Below, piece by piece: positions 1 to 14,334 of a stretch of DNA of 64,000 nt. Both the position numbers and the translations under genes were made by a program. The DNA is from Neocallimastix sp. 'constans' (Eukaryota): contig JBODTK010000133.1 of the NCBI GenBank assembly GCA_050613775.1, positions 372,001-436,000 of the forward strand, given 5' to 3'. The notes beneath the pieces are model-generated. The model searched no databases. It had not been told where the DNA came from and was given only the letters and a program-made list of their open reading frames with translations. The number at the start of each line of letters is the position of its first letter. Within the stretch, counting starts at the first letter, position 1.

Positions 1-256
1 TTAAAAATTTAAAAGGACTCAAGTGACCTTCCTCTTTCATAAATTAAAAATTCTTAATTTAAGAAATTCCAAAAAATTTTTTAACAAAAATTTAATCCTC
101 CTTATCGTTACACAAAAATCGTCTTGAATCCGATTTTTATGGGAGGGCATTGTTGAAATTATAACTGAATTGAAATCTCAATTTCAGTTATTTACATTTC
201 AATAGTTAAAAAATATTATTTATTTAATTATAAATAATATATATATTTAAATTAAT
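1..256 (+). mobile_element. E0: 3' tail, polypurine tract and truncated 3' LTR of a gypsy element (LTR family with 5-bp TSDs)
   Basis: PPT-like GGGAGGGCAT at 141-150 is followed by TGTTGAAATTATAACTGAATTG, matching the start of solo LTRs at 53410 (+) and 15539 (-). The match ends near 250, where the sequence switches into the E1 LTR. Confidence 0.75.
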
Positions 257-931
257 AATCTATTACTAATTATTTATTTCTAATCTACTTAATTATATAT
301 TTTAAAAGACAATTTTTTTATTTTACAGAAATTAATTCTGTGGTTTAGTAATATTTATTTAATCCTAAAGTTTAATTTTACTAAGTTTAGAAAAATAATA
401 TTATTTAAATTGTTAATATAAAATTTATAATCATTTCATCAAATTTATAATATAATATTTATAATAAAACATATAATAATAATATAACTATTTTCTTTTA
501 TGTTTAATTTTTTTTTTTTTTTTATTAGTAATCATTAATACAATTTTTAATCTGGAATTTTCCAAAGAAATAATTAATATTGATAAGTTTAATATTAATA
601 AAAGAATTATTGATAAGATTTTGATAAACTATTAAGAAAATTGATAAAATAAACTATATAATATTGATAAGGATTTTAATAATAATAAAATATAGATAAG
701 AATAATAAAAGTAGTATAGATAAGGAATTAATATTAAATACACTTTTTTTAAATAGTATAATTTAATTTGTACTAATTAGGAATATAGATGAATTTATTA
801 GAATATAGAAAGTTCCAAAAGAATAAAGAATCAAATAATTTATTTAAGGCTTAAATAAATCATTTAAGATGAATAACCAAAAGAATATTATTTGGGCATT
901 CTTTATCAAGATGCCCCCACAAAGACTCAAG

Positions 932-3900
932 CTATACCAGAGCTGAGTTATACTTTACTATATTCTTTACATGAACATTTCTGTTCATTTGAATTCCGGT
1001 CTTGACGTCTGCGAGAGTAACAGTATTGAATTGCCTTTTAATTACCTTTAATGGTCCAACAAAGTAGGGTTCCAACTTAGTTCTACTAAAGTTTCTAACA
1101 AGCACAAGATCTCCGGCTTTAATTTCTTTAGCTTTATTCCAGCTCTGTTTTTCTTCTCGTCTGGCAGCCCAATATTTATTGGCATTCTTGATATTTTCAC
1201 AAGCTTCCATAGTCCAGCGATAATGATTGATAAATTTTTCCAGTAAGATTTCATCAGATGATTTATTAATTCCCTTAGTCGGTCTAGCTGCGATATCAAA
1301 GGGTTGCTGATCTTCTCGGCCATACACTAATTCGAAACTTGAATGATTAGTTGTAGAATTTTTAACTGTTCTAAGAGCCCAAAGAGCCGACGGTAATACT
1401 TCGTCCCAATCTCTATTTTCGGTTCCTAGAAGTCGTAATAGCTTGCCTATTTCTTTGTTCCTATTTTCCGTCAATCCATTGCTTTCAGGATGATAAGTAG
1501 AAACAAACTTAACATAAACATCGTACAAATCGAGAAATACCTTGGTCATATCGGAAGTAAATTGTACCCCATTGTCAGTAGTAATAACTTGGGGAACTCC
1601 ATGACGAGCGAAAACTTTAATTAAGAATTTTACTACATCTTTAGAAGTAATACTTTCAGTAGGCTCGGCTTCTACCCACTTAGTAAAGTAATCTACTACT
1701 ACTAAAATATATTGGTTATTGTTACTTGTTGGTTTTAGCGGACCTATAATATCTAGACCAAGATGTGTAAATGGACCTTCCACTTGAGTTGGAATATTTT
1801 CCGTGGGTTCTGGGTAAGGTTGTGGTCGATTCAATTGACATTTGGCATATTTGGATATGACTCTTTTAATGTCATTCACCATATCATTCCAGTAGTAACT
1901 TTTCCTCAAGCGTTGATATGTTTTGTAATAACCATCGTGGCCGATTTTATGAGCTTCGAATATAAGTTTTAACTTTTCGTCAGTTTCTGTGACTAATTTC
2001 CTATAATTGTTTCCATCAATGAAGTATTCTACTCCATCTATTTTTGTAAACTTTTCGTTAATGAATTCTTTAATAACTTTGGATAGCAGATCGTTTTCTT
2101 CATTATTACTAATTTTGGTTGCTAATACTTTCTTTTCTTCAAGATTCTTCATTCTAGATAAGGCATCAGCAACCACATTCTTTTTCCCTTGTTCGTAACG
2201 AATGTCAACTTTTAACATACTAGCCGTGAGGCACCATCTAGTTTGTCGAGCATTGTTGGGTTCCTTATTTTTAAATAGTCCAAGTAGGGGTTTGTGATCA
2301 GTGTAGACAATAGTTATAAACGGACTTCCCATGATATATGGTTTAAGCTTGGTGATGCAATAATATAATGCGGTTCCTTCTAAGTCTGTTATACCATAAT
2401 TCTTTTCAGCTTTAGTAAGACTTCGACTTACAAAGTGCACTGGATGTTCTACATCATTTTCATCCTTTTGTAGTAGTACTCCACCAATTCCTTCATACGA
2501 AGCATCTGTTCGAATGATAAATTCTTTCTCAAAATCTGGATACTTAAGAATTGGTGCATTAATCAATTTTTCCTTAAGTAGATTAAATCTTTCCTGATGT
2601 TGTTCGTTCCATTCATACGTAACTCCCTTTCTAAGCAACTTACAGATAGGAGCAGTTATTTGAGCATAGTTCGGAATGAAATCTCGATAATATCCCACTG
2701 ATCCTAAGAACGAGCGAAGTTCATGAACGTCAGAAGGAGCTTTCCAATTCTTAATAGCTTCTACCTTACTATCAATTGGTTTTAGTCCTTCAGTGGTAAC
2801 TCTATGGCCAAGAACATCTACTTCGGTTTGCATAAAGTGGCATTTTTCAATGTTAATTTTTAGGTCATTTTCCTTGAAGATTTCTAATACTTGTTTAATG
2901 TGTTCAATGTGTTCTTCAATACTTTTGGAGAAAATGAGGATATCATCAATAAAGTTGAAAACACAATTACCAATGAGAGGAAATAAAATACGATTCATTT
3001 CTCGTTGGAAGGTAGCTGGAGCACCAGTTAATCCAAATGGCATGACTTTAAATTGGTAATTTCCGAATCTAGTAGTAAAAGTGGTCATTTCTATGCTATC
3101 TTCTTCCATTTTAATTTGGTGATATCCAGAATAAAGGTCCATTGTTGTAAATACAACAGCTCCATTTAAACAATCAAAAATTTCATCAATATTGGGAATT
3201 GGGTAAGCATCTTTTTCAGTTCGATCATTTACTCCTCTATAATCTATACATAAACGCCATTTTCCGTTTGGTTTTGGTACCAAGACAATTGGGGATGACC
3301 ATTCTGAACAAAAAGGTTCGATCAATTGTTTGTGGATTAATTTGATTATCTCGTTCTTAAATATGTCTGACTTAAATTTTGATAACCTGTAGTATCGTTG
3401 TTTAAATGGTTTGGCATTGGATTTAAGTTTAATTTTGTGGGGTTTAAGTTTTGAAGGTGTAAGTTCTTCTGTGGAAGTTGCTACTTCTACAATGAAATTT
3501 TCAAGTAGCGCAATAATTGTATCTCGATATTTTTCATTTAAGGAAGCTTTAAAGTTTGGATGATGAATATATTCCTTAGGAGGTAATCCTTCTATTTTCT
3601 TTAAATTATTCTTTAAGTCTCCTTCTTCAGGAACTTTCTTGAGCATACATAACAATTTGTCTTCTTCTAAAGGTTGATTATTTATTGAGGCAATATTATC
3701 AACTAAACCATCTGGTTTAACTTGACAAAGGCAATATCTAATAGGATGAATAAAAAGTTTATTATCAACTTGTGTTTTTAGGTTGATAAGCATATCATAG
3801 AATGGTTCTTCCTTATCTATTATTCTAAAGTCGACATCAAACGTAAGATTTCCAATTGTGACAGGGACTCTAATTATTATTCCTTCTGAATACTCATCAT

Positions 3901-4747
3901 TTTGAGTAGCTAAACGAATTTTTCCACGACTAATTCCTATGGGCTCATATTGATTTGGTAACTTATCCAAGTACCTTTTAGTAATTATACTAAGATTACT
4001 GCATGAGTCAATAAGCAGTTTACCAGGAACACCATCTACTGAGGCATCTACCATGGCAATATCATCTTCTTGCACTTCTTTACATTTACTAATATAGGAA
4101 TGATCAATATTATTTACTAATACCGCAGAAGCATAGACATTATCGATGGCACCAGCAATTTTTGACGAGTCTTTTTCTAGCCTAAGACCTTGCGTTACTT
4201 GAGCTCGTATTTTTGGCGCAACATTGAACAATTGACCAAAGGTAATATTACATTTAGTAGAGTTAAGATCAGTAGTAACGTCATAATCTTCTACATTGGA
4301 TACTAATTGGATATTTCTATACATCTTGCTTCTTCTTGTATTATTTAGTTTTTCAGATTTTTGTAAGTTAGAAATTTTCTCAATCGTCGCTGTCGTACTA
4401 GATTCCTGTTTGGTCTTATCCTTCTTTTTCTCTTTTGATTGAATATCTTCTTCAATTATAGTTGTAGGATGGTAATCCATTCTTTTAGCTTCTTCCTCTC
4501 TTTCTCTATCTCTCAATTCCTTTTCAATTTTTTTTTCTTTATTGATACTTGGTTGAGCGATAATAGAAGGATGAAGTTGGGTTGGAGGAGGTAGAGTGTC
4601 CATATTCTTATCAGTCATTTCTAGTTCTCTTCTTTTTCTAAGAGCAGGAGTGGAAATTGAACGAGGTTGGTCTTTTAGTGTTTCGTACCTTCTCTTTTCT
4701 GCATTAGCCTCAACCTTTTTACTGAGTTGATCTAATTTCCTTTTCAT
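932..4747 (-). CDS. pol: E1 Pol polyprotein (protease-RT-RNaseH-integrase); frame open up to the -1 slip site at 4912
   Basis: LLIDSCS protease, RT motifs (WRLCIDYR, MPFGL, FIDD), RNase H (TDAS, ADALSR), integrase (GLDIIGP, TDNG, ENRN, GP motif). The HHCC zinc finger reads KYAKC, with the first Cys changed to Tyr. Confidence 0.95.
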   Translation of the reverse strand: MKRKLDQLSKKVEANAEKRRYETLKDQPRSISTPALRKRRELEMTDKNMDTLPPPTQLHPSIIAQPSINKEKKIEKELRDREREEEAKRMDYHPTTIIEEDIQSKEKKKDKTKQESSTTATIEKISNLQKSEKLNNTRRSKMYRNIQLVSNVEDYDVTTDLNSTKCNITFGQLFNVAPKIRAQVTQGLRLEKDSSKIAGAIDNVYASAVLVNNIDHSYISKCKEVQEDDIAMVDASVDGVPGKLLIDSCSNLSIITKRYLDKLPNQYEPIGISRGKIRLATQNDEYSEGIIIRVPVTIGNLTFDVDFRIIDKEEPFYDMLINLKTQVDNKLFIHPIRYCLCQVKPDGLVDNIASINNQPLEEDKLLCMLKKVPEEGDLKNNLKKIEGLPPKEYIHHPNFKASLNEKYRDTIIALLENFIVEVATSTEELTPSKLKPHKIKLKSNAKPFKQRYYRLSKFKSDIFKNEIIKLIHKQLIEPFCSEWSSPIVLVPKPNGKWRLCIDYRGVNDRTEKDAYPIPNIDEIFDCLNGAVVFTTMDLYSGYHQIKMEEDSIEMTTFTTRFGNYQFKVMPFGLTGAPATFQREMNRILFPLIGNCVFNFIDDILIFSKSIEEHIEHIKQVLEIFKENDLKINIEKCHFMQTEVDVLGHRVTTEGLKPIDSKVEAIKNWKAPSDVHELRSFLGSVGYYRDFIPNYAQITAPICKLLRKGVTYEWNEQHQERFNLLKEKLINAPILKYPDFEKEFIIRTDASYEGIGGVLLQKDENDVEHPVHFVSRSLTKAEKNYGITDLEGTALYYCITKLKPYIMGSPFITIVYTDHKPLLGLFKNKEPNNARQTRWCLTASMLKVDIRYEQGKKNVVADALSRMKNLEEKKVLATKISNNEENDLLSKVIKEFINEKFTKIDGVEYFIDGNNYRKLVTETDEKLKLIFEAHKIGHDGYYKTYQRLRKSYYWNDMVNDIKRVISKYAKCQLNRPQPYPEPTENIPTQVEGPFTHLGLDIIGPLKPTSNNNQYILVVVDYFTKWVEAEPTESITSKDVVKFLIKVFARHGVPQVITTDNGVQFTSDMTKVFLDLYDVYVKFVSTYHPESNGLTENRNKEIGKLLRLLGTENRDWDEVLPSALWALRTVKNSTTNHSSFELVYGREDQQPFDIAARPTKGINKSSDEILLEKFINHYRWTMEACENIKNANKYWAARREEKQSWNKAKEIKAGDLVLVRNFSRTKLEPYFVGPLKVIKRQFNTVTLADVKTGIQMNRNVHVKNIVKYNSALV

Positions 4748-4858
4748 GGCACAAAGAATATTGTATTCCTCATCAAAATCAGAAGAACGAAGTTCTATAT
4801 CTTCCTCGACTTCTTCAATTTCGTTTCCATTAATTTCATTAGAAGACTGATAATTGAC

Positions 4859-4912
4859 AGAAGCTATTTTATTGACGGCGGGAGTGCTTCTTCTCCCTAT
4901 TAATGATTTAAA
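4859..4912 (-). promoter_or_regulatory. -1 ribosomal frameshift signal of E1 (U_UUA_AAU + H-type pseudoknot)
   Basis: Heptamer in gag frame, 8-nt spacer, GGGAG/CTCCC stem, loop AGAAGC complementary to downstream GCTTCT. Pol is in the -1 frame. Confidence 0.85.
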
Positions 4913-5778
4913 TTTTTACTAAAAAGTTTATTTTTGTTATCTTCGATGATTGCTCTAAGTTTAGGACATTGTTGTTGGTAATGTCCTTTCTCTCCACAGA
5001 AATAGCAAGTTTTAATAGTGAGATTCCTCATTTTGTATACTAACTCATCCCTCTCAATTCTCTCAATTCCCTTATCAATAGGTTTTTGTTCTACTACTGG
5101 TTTTCTTCTAAAACTTTGATTTGAGTGATTATTATGATTATTATTCGATGGATTTTGTTGAATACTAGAGTTTCCGTTGTCATTTCCTCTTATTAAACTC
5201 AAGCGATCTACTTTTTCAGCAACAGTAAAGGCTTTTTCTAAAGAGATCTCGTCTTTCAATGATACTCTTTTCCAGGCTTCTTTATTATTTTGTAATGATT
5301 CCGCATAGTCTAATACGCTCACCTGTTTCTTTTTCTGTTTATTTAACTTTAGATATAGTGACCTGTACCTTTTATTGAAGTTTTTGACTTTTTCAAACCT
5401 TCCAATTTTTAAAGCGCGAAGTTCTCTGAGGAGTTGGTTTTGATCTTCCTTCACACCATAAAAAGTTTCCAGAGCTTCAACTATTTGAGGTAATGAGGGA
5501 TACCCAGTTACTGGATCTTCATTTTCTGAGTCCTCATCATCATCTTCAGATTCTTCATCTTCTTCCTGGTCCTTATTTTCTAGTTGCTGAATGATTTTTC
5601 CTGGTTCTCCTTTGGAAGTCAGGACACATGCAATAAAAATTTTCTTTGGATCCGTTACATCTTGTAACTCAGCCCATAGTTGTATATCAGAGTACCAAGT
5701 CTGGATATCTAAATTTTCTTTAGAAAGAACTTCAATTCCTTTGAGTTCCTTCTTCAATTCCTTGAAATCTAGAGCCAT
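4900..5778 (-). CDS. gag: E1 Gag with acidic tract and CCHC zinc knuckle
   Basis: CYFCGEKGHYQQQC knuckle. Likely start MALDFKEL at 5778 by homology to the E4 and E6 Gag N-termini. Confidence 0.9.
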   Translation of the reverse strand: MALDFKELKKELKGIEVLSKENLDIQTWYSDIQLWAELQDVTDPKKIFIACVLTSKGEPGKIIQQLENKDQEEDEESEDDDEDSENEDPVTGYPSLPQIVEALETFYGVKEDQNQLLRELRALKIGRFEKVKNFNKRYRSLYLKLNKQKKKQVSVLDYAESLQNNKEAWKRVSLKDEISLEKAFTVAEKVDRLSLIRGNDNGNSSIQQNPSNNNHNNHSNQSFRRKPVVEQKPIDKGIERIERDELVYKMRNLTIKTCYFCGEKGHYQQQCPKLRAIIEDNKNKLFSKNLNH

Positions 5779-6086
5779 TCTATGGTTTGTCTTGTTGAGA
5801 TTTGAATAATATAGTAAAATAGGATAATATAATATTGGGTTTTGATAAGGTAACAAGTTGATTACTTCAGTATGGAATTAATAATAATAAAAATAAAATT
5901 TTATCCTAGCTCGAATTCCTCTTCGACCCACCTAGAAGATTTTAAAAAGAAATTTTAAACTAAGTTCGAATTCTTCTTCGACCCACTTAGATATGAATAT
6001 TTATTTCGTTTAACAGTTGAGCTCGAATTCCTTTTCGACCCACTCAACAGAACTTATTATTTGAATTATATTTATTTAGAAGCTTA

Positions 6087-6120
<34 letters not shown>

Positions 6121-6949
6121 TTAATAGAAATTAATTTAATATTGTTATTATCAAGTTGAACTACCGACCAAGTTATATATAATAAACTACTAACTTATGG
6201 GTCTTTCGTCCGATAATATTCATTCCGTCACCCTATTCACGTGATCTATGTTCCGTCACACGCTTCAGGATCTTAATATTACCCCTACTATCCCCCTCTT
6301 GACAGCTAGTAAGGCTTGTTTATGCTGATATAACTTGTTTAATTCAATCTTGATAAGAAAAGTATATTTCAATTATCAATATTAAATTAAAACAAATTTT
6401 AAATATAACTTAAAAGAATATAATTAAAAAAAAAATTTTTTTTTTTGTTTGTTTGTTTGTTTGTTTTATTATAAAAAAAAAGTATAATAAATTTAAAAAT
6501 ATACAAATTTACTAATATTACTAAAAATTTTATTTTATCTTTCTGCTTAACGGCATTTCCGGAAATTTTCCGTACTTATACCAAAACATAGGAAGTAGTA
6601 TGTAAGTTAGCCCAGCTCGCCTATTACGGCTTCATGTAGCACTTACACCGGGCGCTTCTGCTGTCAAACCAACAGAACGGCCAGAACCCAAGAATAGTTG
6701 TCACTACAACCTACCCTTGAGGATAACTAACCTGAAAACTTCCTAATTCTTGCGATTTGGCTAAGTACGCTTCTAAATCGTACTAAATCCAATAAGCAAG
6801 AAAGACAGGTTATAAAAATTCTAATAATATATAAAGGAAGTTTCACCGATAAAAAATTATCTATCACTTCCTATAATTTTAATAAATAAAAAAAAATGTT
6901 TTATAAGAAAGCTATTATTTTAATTTTATTTAAATTTTATCCTAACTTT

Positions 6950-6966
6950 CCCCGATATCTCCACCA
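6950..6966 (-). promoter_or_regulatory. E1 primer binding site (tRNA-Ala-like)
   Basis: TGGTGGAGATATCGGGG, 7 nt after the LTR end; complementary to a ...ATCTCCACCA tRNA 3' end typical of tRNA-Ala. The same PBS occurs in E4 and E6. Confidence 0.75.
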
Positions 6967-8712
6967 AATTTTATGGTTTGATTCGGGGTTTTTATAAAAA
7001 TTATTCAAAAATTATAAATAAAATTAAAACAATAATAAAAATAAAAATAAAAGATTAATATAAACAAAAAAAAAATAAATAAACAAGATAACTTTTTAAA
7101 ATTTTATTTTTATAATTCTTTTATTAAATTTTTTTTATTTGAAAATTATAATGTTAAAATTACCATATAAAAAAAATACAATTTTTTTTACTGTTATTTA
7201 TATTTTTTTTTTCTTAAAATAATAGAAATGGTAAAGCCATTTCTTTGTATAATAAAAATTAATTATTATTAATAATTTTTATATTATTTTTTTTTATTGT
7301 TAATATAATTATTATTTACTTATAATAAATACTGCTTATATATTAATCTATTACTAATTATTTATTTCTAATCTACTTAATTATATATTTTAAAAGACAA
7401 TTTTTTTATTTTACAGAAATTAATTCTGTGGTTTAGTAATATTTATTTAATCCTAAAGTTTAATTTTACTAAGTTTAGAAAAATAATATTATTTAAATTG
7501 TTAATATAAAATTTATAATCATTTCATCAAATTTATAATATAATATTTATAATAAAACATATAATAATAATATAACTATTTTCTTTTATGTTTAATTTTT
7601 TTTTTTTTTTTATTAGTAATTATTAATACAATTTTTAATCTGGAATTTTCCAAAGAAATAATTAATATTGATAAGTTTAATATTAATAAAAGAATTATTG
7701 ATAAGATTTTGATAAACTATTAAGAAAATTGATAAAATAAACTATATAATATTGATAAGGATTTTAATAATAATAAAATATAGATAAGAATAATAAAAGT
7801 AGTATAGATAAGGAATTAATATTAAATACATTTTTTTTAAATAGTATAATTTAATTTGTACTAATTAGGAATATAGATGAATTTATTAGAATATAGAAAG
7901 TTCCAAAAGAATAAAGAATCAAATAATTTATTTAAGGCTTAAATAAATCATTTAAGATGAATAACCAAAAGAACATTATTTGGGCATTCTTTATCAAAAA
8001 TGATATGGGCACAGATCACACACAATATTTTAAAAACACAATATTAAATATTATAAATAAATTTTTATTAGTTTAAAAATATTTTATAAATTTTTATTTT
8101 ATTTTATTGTCGTCCTTTTCAAAAGAAAGAAAATTTCTTCCTTTTATAGTTTTTTACATGAATCTTGAATTGAACATTAACATATACATTTATTTATTTT
8201 ATTCTATTATGAATGTTATTTTAATATTAATATATTTTAAAATTAACCTATTCTAAAGTATCTATTTTAAAATATAGTTGTATAATTATTAATGATTTAT
8301 TTATATTTAAAATTTTAACTATCTATTCTAATAATGTTTTAATTTATCAATTAATATATAATTTAATATTCTTGTAAATTATTAATATTATATTCTCATA
8401 AAGTTTATTATTGTAAAAAGAATACAGAAAATAATAATCTATTTAGGAGAAAACAATAAAAATAATAGTTAGTATTGTCAATCGATTTAATTTTATACAG
8501 AATTAAATATTTCTGTATTTATTTTATTAAAAACAATTTATAGATAATTATTTTTATTATAAATAATTTTATTATAAATAATTTTTTTTTTATAACTATT
8601 TTAATTTTAAATAATTTCATTATTATAAACATTTTATATTTTTTTCTTTTTATCATTCTTATATATACTTATTTGAGGTAAATAAGCTAGTTCCGGATCA
8701 GAATCTCCCCGT

Positions 8713-10883
<2,171 letters not shown>

Positions 10884-10893
<10 letters not shown>

Positions 10894-12131
10894 GGCTTAT
10901 TGTTATTATTAATATTATTGATACTAAGTTTTCCTTCTTCTTCCATTATGGCTAATTCACGATAAGAATATGGACAATCTTGTAATTTATGTGCGAATTG
11001 ATTGCATTTAAAACATTTTAATGTTTTACTATTATTATTAATATAATTGTTATTATTGACATTATTATAATTATTATTTTTAGCTTGTTTATTCAAATTC
11101 CTATCATTGTTTACATTGTTTGTGAGGAATCTTTCATTATTAATATTATTATTGCTATTACTATTATATCTCGTATTATTGAAGCTATTAATTTTATTAA
11201 GATTATTATCATTTTTCAAATAATTATTATTGAAATTGTTCCTATAGTAACTGTCAAAATTATTAAAATTATTATTATAATAATTGTTATAAGGGTCATA
11301 TTGAGAATTGTTATTGTTTAATCCGTGATTAAATCGGTTATTGTATTCATTATTATTATAAAGATTAGAATAAGTATTATAATAATTATTATATTTTCTA
11401 TTATATCTATAATTCATATTTCCATTGTTATTAGGAATATTGAAGGATTTATTATTAGTATAAAGGACGGGATTTATGTTATTATCAAAAGTGTCATAAT
11501 AAGGATTATTGTGTAAGAAATTAAAAGGAGAGCTATTGGGCATATAATAAGGATTGTATTGAAAACTATTATTTTCATTTCCCAGAGCCATTATTATGTT
11601 ATTCGGAATGTTTGGTGCTTCAGTTGCATTTTCGGCTAATTCAGCAATTTGGAGTGCCTCTTCAAGTGAATCTGGTTGAGCAGTAATTACTTGGGTTCTG
11701 GCAAAAGGTCTACTTGATATAGAATTACAATAATCTTTAATTGTGATAAATTCCTGGGATTCAGGGTTTAATGAATTATGTAAGTTATTATATCTCCAAT
11801 TAAAATCCCTAATAGTTTCGTTTCTTCTTATTTTGAGTGCCTTTAAATTAAAGCATTTTTCTTGTTGGGTAACCTCCAGATAATCTTCAATAGCAGTTTT
11901 CATTTCGTTAATATTGGGATAAGTAACATCATCACCATCTATAGTCTTAAGGTCTTCGAGTATACCCTTAAGACGTCCCTGAACGCACTCTTTTGCCCAC
12001 GCGAAAATCCTTTTTGGTTCCTCAATGTTAGCAAGTTCCATAATTCTTTGGAACTCCTCGGCCCAACTTTCTATATCCCTATCATGATTTCCTAATCAAG
12101 GAATCATACGGGAAATTTCACTGATTTTCAT
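10884..12131 (-). pseudogene. gag: E2 Gag with a premature TGA at codon 12
   Basis: ATG at 12131 gives MKISEISRMIP*LGNHDRDIESWAEEF, homologous to E7 Gag MKILELEELLPRLDENLKDVDSWGEEF. Stop at 12096-12098. Knuckle CFKCNQFAHKLQDC. Confidence 0.85.
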
Positions 12132-12511
12132 CTTAAAATAAAATTTTTTTTTTTTTTTTTTTTTTTATAAATAAAAGTTATTTAATAATATAAAATTGAG
12201 AAAAATATATATATATATCTTATAAAAAGGTTATTTAATAATATAAAATTGAATATATATATATTTTTTTATAAAAAAAATATTTAATAATATAAAATTG
12301 AGGAAAAAAAATTATTTAATAATATAAAATTGAGAAAAAAAAAATTTTTTTTTTTTTTTTTTATATATATAAAAATAATTATTTAATAATATAAAAATAA
12401 AAAAATTTTATTATTATTTTTTTTTTTTAATAAAAATATTATTTAAAAATATAAAGATTGTGTAACAATATCTTATGCCACACAAAATATTTTTATGAGA
12501 AAACTAATAAA

Positions 12512-12558
<47 letters not shown>

Positions 12559-13494
12559 AAAAATATAACCGAAAGATTTAATAAAAAAGTAAATTTAAAA
12601 TAAGTTTCCTCTGAAACTTTTACAAAAGTAATAAAAATAATAAATTTAAGTTTCCTCTGAAACTTCTTTAAAAAAAATAAAATCTTTGTTTTCTCTGAAA
12701 CAAAATATAAAAAAAATCTATTATTTATAATATTAATTTATGTGTTTATTTCATATTTTTGTGTGTGCGCCCGGATTCTCCACCAATTTCTGATATGGGT
12801 ACAGATCACACACAATATTTTAAAAACACAATATTAAATATTATAAATAAATTTTTATTAGTTTAAAAATATTTTATAAATTTTTATTTTATTTTATTGT
12901 CGTCCTTTTCAAAAGAAAGAAAATTTCTTCCTTTTATAGTTTTTTACATGAATCTTGAATTGAACATTAACATATACATTTATTTATTTTATTCTATTAT
13001 GAATGTTATTTTAATATTAATATATTTTAAAATTAACCTATTCTAAAGTATCTATTTTAAAATATAGTTGTATAATTATTAATGATTTATTTATATTTAA
13101 AATTTTAACTATCTATTCTAATAATGTTTTAATTTATCAATTAATATATAATTTAATATTCTTGTAAATTATTAATATTATATTCTCATAAAGTTTATTA
13201 TTGTAAAAAGAATACAGAAAATAATAATCTATTTAGGAGAAAACAATAAAAATAATAGTTAGTATTGTCAATCGATTTAATTTTATACAGAATTAAATAT
13301 TTCTGTATTTATTTTATTAAAAACAATTTATAGATAATTATTTTTATTATAAATAATTTTATTATAAATAATTTTTTTTTATAACTATTTTAATTTTAAA
13401 TAATTTCATTATTATAAACATTTTATATTTTTTTTCTTTTTATCATTCTTATATATACTTATTTGAGGTAAATAAGCTAGTTCCGGATCAAAAA

Positions 13495-14329
13495 TGTTAT
13501 GGTTCGGGTTTTATTAGAATTTTTATTTAATTATTTATTTTCAATATTTTTCTGTCTACATTTTAATTATTGAAAAACTTCACTTATTTATACTTTTTGA
13601 AAAAAATAAATATGTAAAGCCTTTCTACATTTTATTATCATATTTAAAAAAAAAATAATTTACTATTACTAATTAATTAAAATTTTATATTAATTTAAAT
13701 TAACTAATTCATAAGTATTTTTATTTTAATAAATTTTGTTTATATAATTTTATATTATTTTTCATATACTAAAACTAAATTATTTAATATATACGAAAAG
13801 TAACAAACAAAATTTAAAAAGATTTTACAGAAAAATAAAGTTATTTTAATCAAGAATGTTAATATAATATTCTTATATTTTATATAAAATAAATTTAAAA
13901 ACTATAATATATTTAATATTTATTATTAATCAATTAAGATTTGATTTTATTTGTGGGAAATAAAAATATTAAATAATCAATTTAAAAATAAAATAAAATA
14001 CTAAAAAAAATACAAGTTTAATATTGATACAATATAATAATAATATAATAATATATTTGAAAATAAAAATAAAATATTAATATTGATAATAAACACTTTA
14101 ATAAAATAATAAAATTTAAGGTTAAATTATAGATATTGATATTAATAATAAAAATATAGAATTATTGATAATATTTTAGAAACTTTTAATAAAAATAAAA
14201 AAAAATATATTTAGGAAATATTTTAGTATAGAAAATATAGTAAAGTAATATTAAGTAAAGAATAATATAATGGATTCTAAAGTAAGTTGAAATTCTAATT
14301 AATAATCCATTATATGTTCGTTCTTTACA
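13495..14329 (-). mobile_element. Solo LTR A in the AAAA stack
   Basis: TG...CA termini flanked by AAAA and AAAAA. The minus-strand start TGTAAAGAAC resembles E1/E4/E6 LTR starts. Confidence 0.8.
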
Positions 14330-14334
14330 AAAAA

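Larger units (their letters stand above)
257..7996 (-). mobile_element. E1: Ty3/gypsy LTR retrotransposon (non-chromovirus); 3' LTR truncated
   Basis: 5' LTR 6974-7996 (TG...CA), partial 3' LTR ~257-908 matching 7345-7996, PBS at 6950-6966, PPT GTGGGGGCATCT before 908, gag and pol in gypsy order. Confidence 0.95.
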
